Assembly: GCA_016839585.1 (NCBI GenBank)
Contig: JAEOTZ010000077.1
Location: forward strand, 1 to 46,416
Direction of reading: 5' to 3'
Length of the DNA stretch: 46,416 nucleotides
Source of the DNA: Promethearchaeota archaeon
Lineage (GTDB): Archaea; Asgardarchaeota; Lokiarchaeia; Sigyniarchaeales; SOKP01
Shown: positions 17,102-26,953 of the stretch, piece by piece
How positions within the stretch are numbered: the first letter of the stretch is position 1
Layout of the letters: each line of letters opens with the position of its first letter
Notes under the pieces: generated by a model
The model's database searches: none
Told to the model about the DNA's origin: nothing
The model's input: only the letters and a program-made list of their open reading frames with translations
Made by a program: the position numbers and the translations under genes

Positions 17102-17653
17102 ATGGAAAACGAAAAAGAAGATGATATAGAGAAATATAAAAATGATATGCAAGAAATTGAAGACCCTGGTTCATATGCTTTTTTAATCTTCCCCATATGT
17201 GTTGGAATCTTTATAATTCCTCTCTTCATTTTTTTAGCAGTAATGGCTTTTTCACTAGAGGGTTATGAACTAATGATCCTGGGAATTCTTTTAATTATAT
17301 TTATTCCAATAATACTCACTATCGTTTTTTTTTCGCGTAGGTTTTATAGTATTGAAGGTAGAAAGAAGTTTCTTCTCTCTAATGAAAAATTTTTGATTAA
17401 AGTTCCCTTGAAACCTATAATAGAAATTAAATGGTCTGATTTCGATGAATTGTTAATAACAACAAGAAAAAAATATGGTCAAGATTATATTGTTCTTGAA
17501 ATTCAATTTTTGAGGCAAGTAGAGTTCAATAATATTAAAAAAGTTAAATACCGGCTTCATAAATCTGAAAATGTAAGAAAAATTATCGATTTAATATCTT
17601 CATACGCCACATTAAAAAATGTTCTGGTAAAAATAGATAAAAAGGACCTCTAA
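17102..17653 (+). CDS. 2-TM membrane protein with C-terminal beta-rich (PH-like) domain
   Basis: TM hairpin followed by EIKWSDFDEL; GAGGAG RBS. Confidence 0.75.
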   Translation: MENEKEDDIEKYKNDMQEIEDPGSYAFLIFPICVGIFIIPLFIFLAVMAFSLEGYELMILGILLIIFIPIILTIVFFSRRFYSIEGRKKFLLSNEKFLIKVPLKPIIEIKWSDFDELLITTRKKYGQDYIVLEIQFLRQVEFNNIKKVKYRLHKSENVRKIIDLISSYATLKNVLVKIDKKDL

Positions 17654-17660
17654 GGATAAT

Positions 17661-18647
17661 TTAAATAAATCTATCAGCAAAACCTTTGAATAATTGATAT
17701 CCCACAATTGATCCAATAATGATGAGGAGAATAACAAAACAAATACTAACTGGTAAGATCATATCTGAATCTTCTTCAATTAAACCAGCAAATCCACCAA
17801 TCAAAAATGATATTCCAAAAATACCTAAGTATATTACAACAGTCCATCCGAAAACAGGTAAATATGTAAGTTTAAGTGCTCTAGAATAACTCATTGAAAG
17901 ACTTTTTGCTATCGCATAAACGAAAATCAACGCAAAAATGAAGGGTAAAATAAGTATTATTATAATGACTACTATCATTACTTTATGAATATCAATGTGT
18001 ATAGATTTTTTTAGAGGAGGTGTATACACTCTTACGGTTGGTTCTTTAGAATCTAATCGAGAGAGACTTTCTGAAAGTTGATCTTGTATCTCATCTTTAA
18101 TATTGTTGCCTTTAAGATATAGTATCTTCAAACTTTTTAGTGATTTTAGCTCATCTATACTACTAATATAATTATTTGTAATGTTTAATGTTGATAAGTT
18201 TGCTAAATTTGAGATTCCTTTAAGGTCTTCAACTTTATTGTTGCTTACATTTAAATATTCTAAATTTATTAAGTTTTCTATTCCTTTGAGATTCTTTAGG
18301 TTATTGTATGAGAGATTTAATGCTAATAAATTAGATAGATTTTCTAAACCCCTAATTTCTGATATATTATTATTAGATAAATCAAGATTCTTTAGATTTT
18401 TTAGTTCTTCAAGACCAAGAATATTATTAATGTCTGATATTTCAATACCTCTTAAATTTAAAATTCCCTTCTTCACTTTATATAATTCATCTTTATAAAC
18501 AACCATCTTACCCTTTAATACATCATTCGAAGTTTTAGCTTTTTGAATTAAAGCCTCATTTTTCTTTTTCTGATCAATGAAATTGTTTAATATTAAAATT
18601 GAGAAAAACCATATTGTTAAAAAATAAAAGATAATTGTCATCACCAT
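17661..18647 (-). CDS. Leucine-rich-repeat membrane protein
   Basis: About five SDS22-type LRRs (GLE.L.NL..L.LS.N.I); N-terminal hydrophobic segment and three C-terminal TMs. Confidence 0.88.
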   Translation of the reverse strand: MVMTIIFYFLTIWFFSILILNNFIDQKKKNEALIQKAKTSNDVLKGKMVVYKDELYKVKKGILNLRGIEISDINNILGLEELKNLKNLDLSNNNISEIRGLENLSNLLALNLSYNNLKNLKGIENLINLEYLNVSNNKVEDLKGISNLANLSTLNITNNYISSIDELKSLKSLKILYLKGNNIKDEIQDQLSESLSRLDSKEPTVRVYTPPLKKSIHIDIHKVMIVVIIIILILPFIFALIFVYAIAKSLSMSYSRALKLTYLPVFGWTVVIYLGIFGISFLIGGFAGLIEEDSDMILPVSICFVILLIIIGSIVGYQLFKGFADRFI

Positions 18648-18788
18648 AATTCCTTAAATATTTTTGATGAAAAAAAATGTGTTATGTGTATTTCGATTAA
18701 GCGAGTATTTAGACAAATAAGGAACGATTTTTTTTAAATTTTTACTAAAATATTCGGTTCTTTTTAACACTAAATAATTTTTGAATAA

Positions 18789-18919
18789 TTAATTTTTTTT
18801 AGCTTTATCTAATTGTTCTTTTAATTTTACAAAAAAGTCTGGAGTAGAAATTTTATAAGGAATTGGATATCTCGTACCTGCTTTATGTGTTTCTTTCATA
18901 CCATCAATTAAATCAGTAT
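18789..18919 (-). pseudogene. Relic second copy of the DUF169 gene 3' end
   Basis: TDLIDGMKETHKAGTRYPIPYKISTPDFFVKLKEQLDKAKKN*. 11 mismatches in 120 nt against 19346-19465, counted by eye. Confidence 0.9.
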
Positions 18920-19131
18920 GATATTAGATTTTGTTCTTGTTAAAATAAAAATATATCATTTAATTAAGTTTATATCATATAAGTAATACCCATTAATAAT
19001 CTGTAATTCAATTATTAATAATTCTCTAAACCTTACATTTATTATATAAAACTTTTAAATACTTGCCTTCGCCATTAATTATAGAAAAAAAATAATCATT
19101 ATATTATAAAAAATCTTAATAAATTAAAGGA

Positions 19132-19320
19132 GTGATTAATACGAGTAAAAAATACGAGCATAGAGTTAATCATCTCAAAGATCATAAACATGATAAAGAA
19201 GGGAAACCACACCAAAAAGAAATAAAACCATATTCGAGAAAAAGTAAAGTAAGTCAATTAAAAAAAGATGAAAAAAAATTTCATGAAAAACTTGATAAAA
19301 GTGAATATACCTGGTTTTAA
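19132..19320 (+). CDS. Small basic His/Lys-rich hypothetical protein
   Basis: GGAGTGA RBS; the annotated GTG lies inside the RBS, so the true start may be ACG at 19141. Confidence 0.6.
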   Translation: MINTSKKYEHRVNHLKDHKHDKEGKPHQKEIKPYSRKSKVSQLKKDEKKFHEKLDKSEYTWF

Positions 19321-19345
19321 ATAGAAAATTAATTCACAAATAAGA

Positions 19346-20122
19346 TTAATCTCTTTTTGCTTTATCTAATTGTTTTTTCAATTTTATAAAAAAGTCAGGA
19401 GTAGAAATCTTATAAGGAATGGGATATCTCGTACCTGCTTTATGTGTTTTTTCCATACCATCAATAATTTCGTTAACGATTTCGAAAGGAATAGATGCTA
19501 TTAAATCAGTATCCGTTGCCATTCCAAAACGTCGATCCCCCAAACATGGAAAAGCTATCTGTAAATCTTTTGTAAGAATTGCATTTGATATGATATCAGC
19601 ACATACACCATCGCAAAATGTTGACATTGAAACTCTCCCTCCTCTCTTCCATAAGTATCCCTGAATTATTCTCATTATCTGAGCAGAATTTCCCCAAATT
19701 AAAATCAGATCAGGCTCAAAATCTATACGTCTTAAAGCTCCTGATACAATTGCAGAATATTGACCATAAGGAATTTTAGGCATTGTAGCTGTCGTTTTTT
19801 TAGCAGCTTCTTTTGTTTCATTATATCTTCCTATGAAAAATGCCCCTTCCTCAAAAAGTCTATATGATTCTTCAAATCCAATAGAAATTTCTGCTAATGG
19901 GCATAAATTATCTCCTTTTACGCATCCCATTGTCCAACCATAATATCTAGCATAACTGAATATCTGACATAATGCAATTTTATGTTCTGGTTTTTTTAGA
20001 AATTTAATTTGCTCTAAATCTTTAGAGTTTTCAAGTAATTTTACTCCTACAGGGAAAGTAGCTAATCTTAGATACTTATTTAATTGATTATCTAATTTCT
20101 CATAATTACACAATGAAATCAC
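19346..20122 (-). CDS. DUF169 family protein
   Basis: L.L.TFPVGVKL, CQ....AR..G, CP.A, PDLILIWGN..Q, C.D and PCLGDR motifs. Confidence 0.88.
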   Translation of the reverse strand: MISLCNYEKLDNQLNKYLRLATFPVGVKLLENSKDLEQIKFLKKPEHKIALCQIFSYARYYGWTMGCVKGDNLCPLAEISIGFEESYRLFEEGAFFIGRYNETKEAAKKTTATMPKIPYGQYSAIVSGALRRIDFEPDLILIWGNSAQIMRIIQGYLWKRGGRVSMSTFCDGVCADIISNAILTKDLQIAFPCLGDRRFGMATDTDLIASIPFEIVNEIIDGMEKTHKAGTRYPIPYKISTPDFFIKLKKQLDKAKRD

Positions 20123-20195
20123 AATTTTCAGTATTAAAAAATAATTAAATAATAGAGTATTCCAAAATATAATAAAATTAGGAGTTTATGTAAAG

Positions 20196-20738
20196 ATGAC
20201 TTTAACTAGAAAAAGATTAAAACAAGGACTTATTCAAGTTTATTTTGGACGCGGTAAAGGTAAAACTACTGCTGCAATTGGACAAGGTGTACGTGCGACG
20301 GGGCATGGATTTAAAGTTTATATGATCCAATTTATGAAAGGTAATTATAAATATGGAGAAATAGAAGCTATTAAAAGGATTCCTAACTTTGAGTTAAAAC
20401 AATTCGGAAGTTCAGAGTTAATAGCCGAACCAGGAGAATTCGATAAAGATGAAGGAAAAAAAGCACTTAATTTCGCTAAGGAAATTATCATGAGTGATGA
20501 ATATGATATTGTGATACTTGATGAAGTTGGGGTAGCAATCTCTATGAATGTTATCTCTGTTGAGCCTGTATTAGAAATTGTAAAAAATAAACCTGAAAAA
20601 GTTGAAATAATCTTAACAGGGGGTCCAAAAATGCATCCTAAAATAAAAGAAGCAGCTAATTTAGTAACAGAGATGAAAATGGTTAAACATTATTATTCCT
20701 CAAATGGTATTACTGCACGTTTCGGAATTGAATATTAA
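20196..20738 (+). CDS. cobO: Cob(I)alamin adenosyltransferase, CobA/CobO/BtuR type
   Basis: G.GKGKTTAA.G, QFMKG, ILDE, ILTG, KH.Y and GIEY motifs. Confidence 0.93.
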   Translation: MTLTRKRLKQGLIQVYFGRGKGKTTAAIGQGVRATGHGFKVYMIQFMKGNYKYGEIEAIKRIPNFELKQFGSSELIAEPGEFDKDEGKKALNFAKEIIMSDEYDIVILDEVGVAISMNVISVEPVLEIVKNKPEKVEIILTGGPKMHPKIKEAANLVTEMKMVKHYYSSNGITARFGIEY

Positions 20739-20880
20739 TCATAATTTATTTAATTTCTTCTTTTGAATCCTAAGAATCTGACAATAAAAAATAGTAATTT
20801 ATGATCTTGAAAAATATCGGAAGCCTTTTGTTTAACCTTTTATTTTCTTAAAAAATATCCTCATTTTAAAATGATCATTC

Positions 20881-22113
20881 TTGAAAAATTTGCTAATTTT
20901 TGGTAGTATAGTTAAATTTAAACGTAGGAATTTGATAACATTATCTTTTACTAAATTAATTCATGGATTTGGAATAGGTATGTTTAATATAGTATATCAA
21001 CCATACTTATTGGAACTTACAAATTCAATAGTAATGACAGGTCTATTTATCTCTATTGGATCAATAATGCAATTTTTACCAATGCCTTTAGTAGGCAAAT
21101 TTTCTGATAAGCATAATCGTAAATACACAATTATTTCAAGTATCCCACTATTTATCTTAGGACTCTTATTTTTAATTATTGCACGTTCTAATAGCTTACA
21201 ATATGTTATTTTAGGGATAATTCTATACTTTTTAGGACTTATTGTTAATAATTTAAACTCTCAATTTTTAATAGCTGAGAATACAGATAAATCTAAAGGA
21301 TTGATTTATGGATTTATGTTCTTTTCATTTTTTGTTGGGAGCATTGCTGGGACTTCTTTTATAATCCTTATACAAGGACTCAATACAAGATTTTATTTTT
21401 TGTTTTTCATTGTGCTGTTAATCATCGAAGGGTTAATTTTTACAGTATTCCTATCTGTGCAACCCCAAAACAATCAAAACCAAAATCTTGGCATTAACAA
21501 CAATACTAAAGCAAAAGTAAATATGTGGTTAAAGATTTTTAGAACTAAGACGTTAAGATCCATTTTAATATTTTTTACTTTAGATATTTTCGTGTATGGT
21601 ATTTCTCTTTCAATTTATTCGGGCGGATTATACGATTACTACAGTTTAACTAAAGAAGAACTTGCCTTTATTTCAATATGGTTTAATATAGCAAATATGG
21701 TTTTTCTAATTCCAGCAGGGCATTTAACAGATAAAATTGGTAATAAGAAGACTTTAATTTTAAGTCAATTCTTTGGTTTTGGATATTTTTTCATGAATAT
21801 AATGACTGTAATTTTGTGGATAAATCAGATTAAATTTTCATTATATCTCACATTAAGTATTGGATATGTCTTGCTTGCGTTATCCGTCTCTACTTTTGCA
21901 CCCGCTGAACAAGTAATTTTAACTAATTTGGATGAAAATAAGAAAAGTGAATCTTATGGTATTGTAGCATTTGTTAGAGGAATTGGATTTATTCCCACTG
22001 GTATTATTGGGGGTTTAATTATAGAAAATGTTCATTATATTGCACCATTTATTTTTAGCTCCATTGGGCTCATACTTGAACTTTTATTTCTTTTGAAATT
22101 TTTTCATGAGTAG
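20881..22113 (+). CDS. MFS transporter
   Basis: About 12 TMs; motif A variants GKFSDKHNRK and GHLTDKIGNK. Start uncertain. Confidence 0.88.
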   Translation: MKNLLIFGSIVKFKRRNLITLSFTKLIHGFGIGMFNIVYQPYLLELTNSIVMTGLFISIGSIMQFLPMPLVGKFSDKHNRKYTIISSIPLFILGLLFLIIARSNSLQYVILGIILYFLGLIVNNLNSQFLIAENTDKSKGLIYGFMFFSFFVGSIAGTSFIILIQGLNTRFYFLFFIVLLIIEGLIFTVFLSVQPQNNQNQNLGINNNTKAKVNMWLKIFRTKTLRSILIFFTLDIFVYGISLSIYSGGLYDYYSLTKEELAFISIWFNIANMVFLIPAGHLTDKIGNKKTLILSQFFGFGYFFMNIMTVILWINQIKFSLYLTLSIGYVLLALSVSTFAPAEQVILTNLDENKKSESYGIVAFVRGIGFIPTGIIGGLIIENVHYIAPFIFSSIGLILELLFLLKFFHE

Positions 22114-22203
22114 TTTATTACTTTTTGATAAAATAATAACAAATATAATTTTTCAATAATTCAATTCTTTAAATTTAAATTATTAAAAATTTAGGTAGAT
22201 AAA

Positions 22204-23463
22204 ATGGCAAAATTAGCTAGAAAAGTCGCGCTCGTAGGAGCAGGGATGTCTAAATTTGGAAGACATTTCCCAAATAAACGAAATCCAGATTTATGGATAG
22301 ATGCATGGTTAGATGCAGTAAGTAAAGTTGATAATGGAATTAATTCTAAGGATATTGATGCTTGCTATGTTGGAAACTATTCTTCAGATTTATTTAATCA
22401 TCAAGGGCATCTAGGACCTCAAATGGCTAATCTAGTTGGATTAACTCCAAAGCCTGCTCCTAGATTTGAAGGAGCATGCGCTAGTAGTGGTATTGCATTA
22501 AGGCAAGCTGTAATTGCTATTGCTTCTGGTGTACACGATGTAATAGCAGTATCTGGAGTGGAATGCATGACTGAATTACCTACTACAGGAGTTACTGATG
22601 TTTTGGCAACGGCTTCTGATAGTTTATTCGAATATCCTGCTGGGGCAACATTCCCAGGATTATATGGTACCCTTGCTTCTGCCCATATGCATAAATATGG
22701 GACTACAATAGAAGATCTAATGAGAGTTGGTATAAAGAATCATGAGAATGGGAGAGAAAATCCTTATGCACAAATGCAACAGTCGATAAAAGAAATGATG
22801 GAAAGTAAAAAAGCCAGACTCGAAAAAGAGGGTAAAGACATTCCTGATTGGAAAGATGAGTTTGATTTTCTTAAAAGTCGATCGAATCCAATGATAGCTT
22901 ATCCTTTAAGATTATTTGATTGCTCTCTAATAACTGATGGTGCTGCATGTCTCTTTCTTGCAGCTGATAATGTTGCAAAGAAATTTACAGATACTCCAAT
23001 TTGGATAACTGGTACGGGTCAAGGAAGTGCTGCATTATCACTACATGACAGAGATGATTTAACTAGTTTTATTGCTTCACGAGAGGCAGCAAGGCAAGCA
23101 TATCAAATGTCTGGTCTAAAACCGAAAGATATTCAAATTTGTGAAGTGCATGATTGTTTCACTATAGCTGAAATCGTTGCACTAGAAGATTTAGGATTTT
23201 ATGAGAGAGGAAAGGCTGTTGAAGCTATAAAAAATGGAGAAACGAAACGTGATGGAGTCTTACCAATCAATACATCAGGAGGATTAAAATCTAAGGGGCA
23301 TCCCGTTGGAGCAACTGGTGCAGCTCATGCTGTAGAAATATTTAAACAAATGAGGGGTATTGCTGAAAGGAATAGACAAGTGAAATTTGATGTTGAAAAG
23401 GCTATGACGCATAATCTAGGTGGGAGTGGTGGGACATGCGTAGTTCATATTTATGAAAAATAG
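22204..23463 (+). CDS. Thiolase (acetyl-CoA C-acyltransferase, archaeal/SCP-x type)
   Basis: EGACASSG catalytic Cys, CSLITDGAA, EVHDCF and GHPVGATG motifs. Confidence 0.95.
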   Translation: MAKLARKVALVGAGMSKFGRHFPNKRNPDLWIDAWLDAVSKVDNGINSKDIDACYVGNYSSDLFNHQGHLGPQMANLVGLTPKPAPRFEGACASSGIALRQAVIAIASGVHDVIAVSGVECMTELPTTGVTDVLATASDSLFEYPAGATFPGLYGTLASAHMHKYGTTIEDLMRVGIKNHENGRENPYAQMQQSIKEMMESKKARLEKEGKDIPDWKDEFDFLKSRSNPMIAYPLRLFDCSLITDGAACLFLAADNVAKKFTDTPIWITGTGQGSAALSLHDRDDLTSFIASREAARQAYQMSGLKPKDIQICEVHDCFTIAEIVALEDLGFYERGKAVEAIKNGETKRDGVLPINTSGGLKSKGHPVGATGAAHAVEIFKQMRGIAERNRQVKFDVEKAMTHNLGGSGGTCVVHIYEK

Positions 23464-23479
23464 AGGTGAATAAGATAAA

Positions 23480-23902
23480 ATGTCTGAAATAGTTAAAGAT
23501 TTTACCATTGAAAGTTATTTAGAGTATATTCGTAATAAAAAATTAATGGGCTCAAAATGCAAAGATTGTGGAGAAACATATGTTCCTGTAAGAAAACTAT
23601 GCACTAAATGTAATACTGCAAATATGGAATGGGTCGAAATGTCAGGAAAGGGAAAAGTTGCTGCGTTTACGAGTATTACGGTGGGGACTCCTTTTTTTGT
23701 AGAAAAAGGATATGGAAGAAATAAACCCTATTGTTTCTCTGTAATAAAACTTGATGAGGGACCTATGGTTAGTGGACAATTAGTAGGAGTAGATGAAAGT
23801 AAACCGGAGACTATTAGTGTAGATATGCCAGTTAAAGTAAAATTTTTAGAAACTGAAATTAAAGGTGAGACGAGAGTAGATTTAGGCTTCGAACCTGCTT
23901 AA
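23480..23902 (+). CDS. DUF35 zinc-ribbon/OB-fold protein (thiolase partner)
   Basis: CKDC...CTKC, G.V..FT and LDEGP motifs; 16 nt after the thiolase. Confidence 0.92.
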   Translation: MSEIVKDFTIESYLEYIRNKKLMGSKCKDCGETYVPVRKLCTKCNTANMEWVEMSGKGKVAAFTSITVGTPFFVEKGYGRNKPYCFSVIKLDEGPMVSGQLVGVDESKPETISVDMPVKVKFLETEIKGETRVDLGFEPA

Positions 23903-23985
23903 AACCTTAAATCTCTTTTTTATTTTTTAATATTTATATAACAACTTTAAATATAGTTTTATTCTTAATTGATTGGTGGATTCTA

Positions 23986-25125
23986 ATAAAGAAGCATTAT
24001 AAGATAACAATTCTTAGTAGTTTTATTTTCATAGCAATTTTTTCATTTTTCATTCCAAAATTTTTTACAAGTAACCTAAAAATACAAAATATAGACGTTG
24101 AATTAAACTTTCATGAAGAAAATTCCTATATTTTTATTCAAGATCAATTAGATATAGGATTTCGAATCCCAGGAACACAAGAAAGAATTAATTGCACCAA
24201 ATATTTTATTTCAAAATTTCAGGAAATAGATAATAATTTTACATATATCCTCCATAATTTTACCATTCTTTCAATTGAATGTCAAAATGTTTTGTTTAAA
24301 TTGAATGAAAATTATAGTAATATTGTTATTTTGGGGGCTCACTATGACACACGTGCTAAGGCAACAAAAGATAGTATTAACCCAGATGATCCTGTCCCGG
24401 GTGCGAATGATGGAGCAAGTGGATGCGCCGTTCTAATCGAACTCGCTAAAATTTTCTATGAACGAAGAGATAATTTAACGTGTCAAATATGGTTTTTATT
24501 TTTTGATGCAGAAGATCAAGGAAGAGATGTTGCTTATGGAATTGATGGATGGGATTGGTGTGAAGGATCTGAAAAATTTGTTAATGATATAGATACTTTC
24601 TACAATTCTGAATATGAAACATTTGATTGTATGATATTATTAGATATGGTTGGGGGAGTTAATCTAAAATTTATAAATGAACAATATTCTACATCATCTT
24701 TACTTGATGAGTTATTCGGGGTTGGGAGAAATTTAGGTTTCCCAGAAGAATTTCCTAAAAATGCCATTTCTAGATATATTACTGATGATCATAAAGCTTT
24801 TGTAAATATTGGCATACCTTCGGCAGATTTAATTATAAATTTTTGGGATAATCCAGATTGGCCTTATCATCATACGATCCAAGATGATATTTCTCATATT
24901 TCAAATCATAGTCTCGAAGTTACTGGTAAAACAATAGAGCAATTTATCTATAATAATTATTTTGTTAATCTTAGCGATATATATAAGGGTAATTATCCTT
25001 GGCGTGAAGATATAAATATTCCTCAAATTGAAATTGAAATGATTTCTATATTAATAATGACTATAGCCATTTTAGGTTCAATAGTTGTTGTATTCTCCTT
25101 ATTTAAAAAAGATAAATTTAACTAG
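23986..25125 (+). CDS. M28 family peptidase / glutaminyl cyclase-like, membrane-anchored
   Basis: GAHYDT, GANDGASG, FDAED, LLDM, DDH and YHHT.QD motifs. The frame extends about 100 codons upstream of the track start (signal anchor, QLDIGFRIPGT) with no ATG/GTG/TTG; ATA start inferred. Confidence 0.88.
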   Translation: MKKHYKITILSSFIFIAIFSFFIPKFFTSNLKIQNIDVELNFHEENSYIFIQDQLDIGFRIPGTQERINCTKYFISKFQEIDNNFTYILHNFTILSIECQNVLFKLNENYSNIVILGAHYDTRAKATKDSINPDDPVPGANDGASGCAVLIELAKIFYERRDNLTCQIWFLFFDAEDQGRDVAYGIDGWDWCEGSEKFVNDIDTFYNSEYETFDCMILLDMVGGVNLKFINEQYSTSSLLDELFGVGRNLGFPEEFPKNAISRYITDDHKAFVNIGIPSADLIINFWDNPDWPYHHTIQDDISHISNHSLEVTGKTIEQFIYNNYFVNLSDIYKGNYPWREDINIPQIEIEMISILIMTIAILGSIVVVFSLFKKDKFN

Positions 25126-25142
25126 CTTTTAAAGAATTTAAC

Positions 25143-25778
25143 TCATTTCTTAATCCCTAAGATTGCACGATGATTAGTTTCATCCATATAAACTTCCAAA
25201 AGATTAAAGGAACTAAATACTTGATAAATTTCGTCTACAGTAAAAAAATGATGAGGAAGACCTTTTTCTTGCCCCTTTTGAGGAACATAAGTTCCTTTTT
25301 CAATTTCTTTTAATTCCCAGGATTCTAATTTAGATCCTGTTCCTAATACTGGAAATGTTATAAAAATTATACTACCTTTTTTTAAAATTCTTTCAATTTC
25401 CTTAACAGTGATTATTATATCTTTTATTAGATTATGGTGAATTACTTGAATTGAAATTATGGCATCAAAAAACTTGTCTTCATAAGGAAATTTATCTTCT
25501 ATTCTATTCAAGTGTAATTCTACCTTTTCATTTTCTTCAATGAGCCATTTTCTTGCCATCTCTAAAGCCTTAGGTGAAGCATCCATACCATATACTTCAA
25601 ATCCTTTTTTTGATAAAAATATAAGATGTCGACCTGTTCCACATCCAAGATCTAACACTTTTTTTACTCCTTTTTCTTTAAATAATTTAGAAATTTTTTC
25701 CATATCTGGATGAGGATCATGAAATATCTTTCCCCGTTTAGAAAATATCTCGTCCCAATCTGGCATAAAGAATATCAA
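25143..25778 (-). CDS. Class I SAM-dependent methyltransferase
   Basis: VLDLGCGTGRH and FDAIIS..VIHH motifs. Confidence 0.92.
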   Translation of the reverse strand: MIFFMPDWDEIFSKRGKIFHDPHPDMEKISKLFKEKGVKKVLDLGCGTGRHLIFLSKKGFEVYGMDASPKALEMARKWLIEENEKVELHLNRIEDKFPYEDKFFDAIISIQVIHHNLIKDIIITVKEIERILKKGSIIFITFPVLGTGSKLESWELKEIEKGTYVPQKGQEKGLPHHFFTVDEIYQVFSSFNLLEVYMDETNHRAILGIKK

Positions 25779-25794
25779 ACTCTAAAAAAAGATA

Positions 25795-26760
25795 TTAATC
25801 GTAATTACACTCCCAAAAATATCTTCCATGCTCTTTCTTAAAGGCTTCTGCTACTTCATCTACTTTTGGTCGAATAAATTCACATCCATCTTTAATGCAT
25901 TCATAATTAACAGGTAAAACATCTAAAATTTCTCCATCAACTTGACAAATATATGGATTAGGTTCTTCGGAACTTAACATTTCAACTCTTACCTTCTTAC
26001 TGGTATATTCATAGATATTTGGATGAGGTAACAGTGTAGCTTTATACATTCGATTAAAATGTCTAAGTAATTTAAATTTACCAATATCTACAATATTTAC
26101 ATGAAAAACCCCATCATCTACTCGCGCTTTTTGACATATATACATAAATCCTCCATAACTTGGACCATTTGCACAAGCTAAGCAGTTCGCGTATCCCTCA
26201 TAAATATCATCATCCATCGTTACTCTGATTTGCTTATTCTTCCAAGGCAGTAAAGCCTTAAGAGTTTGAGTAACATAACTTTTTCCTCTTTTTGCTTCAT
26301 TAAATCTGCGTGTAACATCGCTATCAAAGCCCTGACTCCCAATACCTAAAAAATAGCGTTGAATTCCCGTGTCTGTTTTTCCCAATCCAATATCTGCCCT
26401 ACTAGTATTACCTTCAGTAATTATCTCACAAGCTCTCTTTATATCAGGAAGAATTCCAATAGCTGCAGGAATATCATTTCCAGATCCCATAGGAATAAAT
26501 CCGCACAAAGCATTAGTATTAGAAGTTATAGTTCCATTCATCACTTCATTACAAGTCCCATCTCCTCCTGCTCCAATCACTCTATATCCATCTTTTGCTA
26601 ATTGACTTGCTAGTTCTATCGCATGTCCCATATATTCAGTTTCAAATAATTTATATGAAACATCTAATTCATCTAAACATTTTTTCATATATTCAATATC
26701 TCTCTTTGTTTCTTTCTTTTTCCCAGCAACAGGATTATAAATAATACCATGAGTTTCCAT
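25795..26760 (-). CDS. Diacylglycerol/lipid kinase family protein (YegS/DgkB-like)
   Basis: NPVAG, GGDGT.NEV, PMGSGND, GFD, YGG and QVDGE motifs. Confidence 0.92.
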   Translation of the reverse strand: METHGIIYNPVAGKKKETKRDIEYMKKCLDELDVSYKLFETEYMGHAIELASQLAKDGYRVIGAGGDGTCNEVMNGTITSNTNALCGFIPMGSGNDIPAAIGILPDIKRACEIITEGNTSRADIGLGKTDTGIQRYFLGIGSQGFDSDVTRRFNEAKRGKSYVTQTLKALLPWKNKQIRVTMDDDIYEGYANCLACANGPSYGGFMYICQKARVDDGVFHVNIVDIGKFKLLRHFNRMYKATLLPHPNIYEYTSKKVRVEMLSSEEPNPYICQVDGEILDVLPVNYECIKDGCEFIRPKVDEVAEAFKKEHGRYFWECNYD

Positions 26761-26953
26761 TTAAATCAATATATACCTTTATTTTGTATGTTTTTAATTT
26801 AAAAAAATCAATTATTAACCTTTTAAATTTTAAAATATATAAAACTATTTTCAAATCAAACTTAAGAGAAATAGTTAGAATTTTTTGGGATTAATTTCTC
26901 TTAGAAGTATTGAATTGAAAGAACCTTACAGATGTTAAAAATAGAATCTTTAT

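Noticed and set aside
18789-19465. Diversity-generating retroelement TR/VR pair
   Set aside because: Mismatches run both ways (7 with A in the relic, 4 with A in the gene), many are synonymous, and no reverse transcriptase is present.
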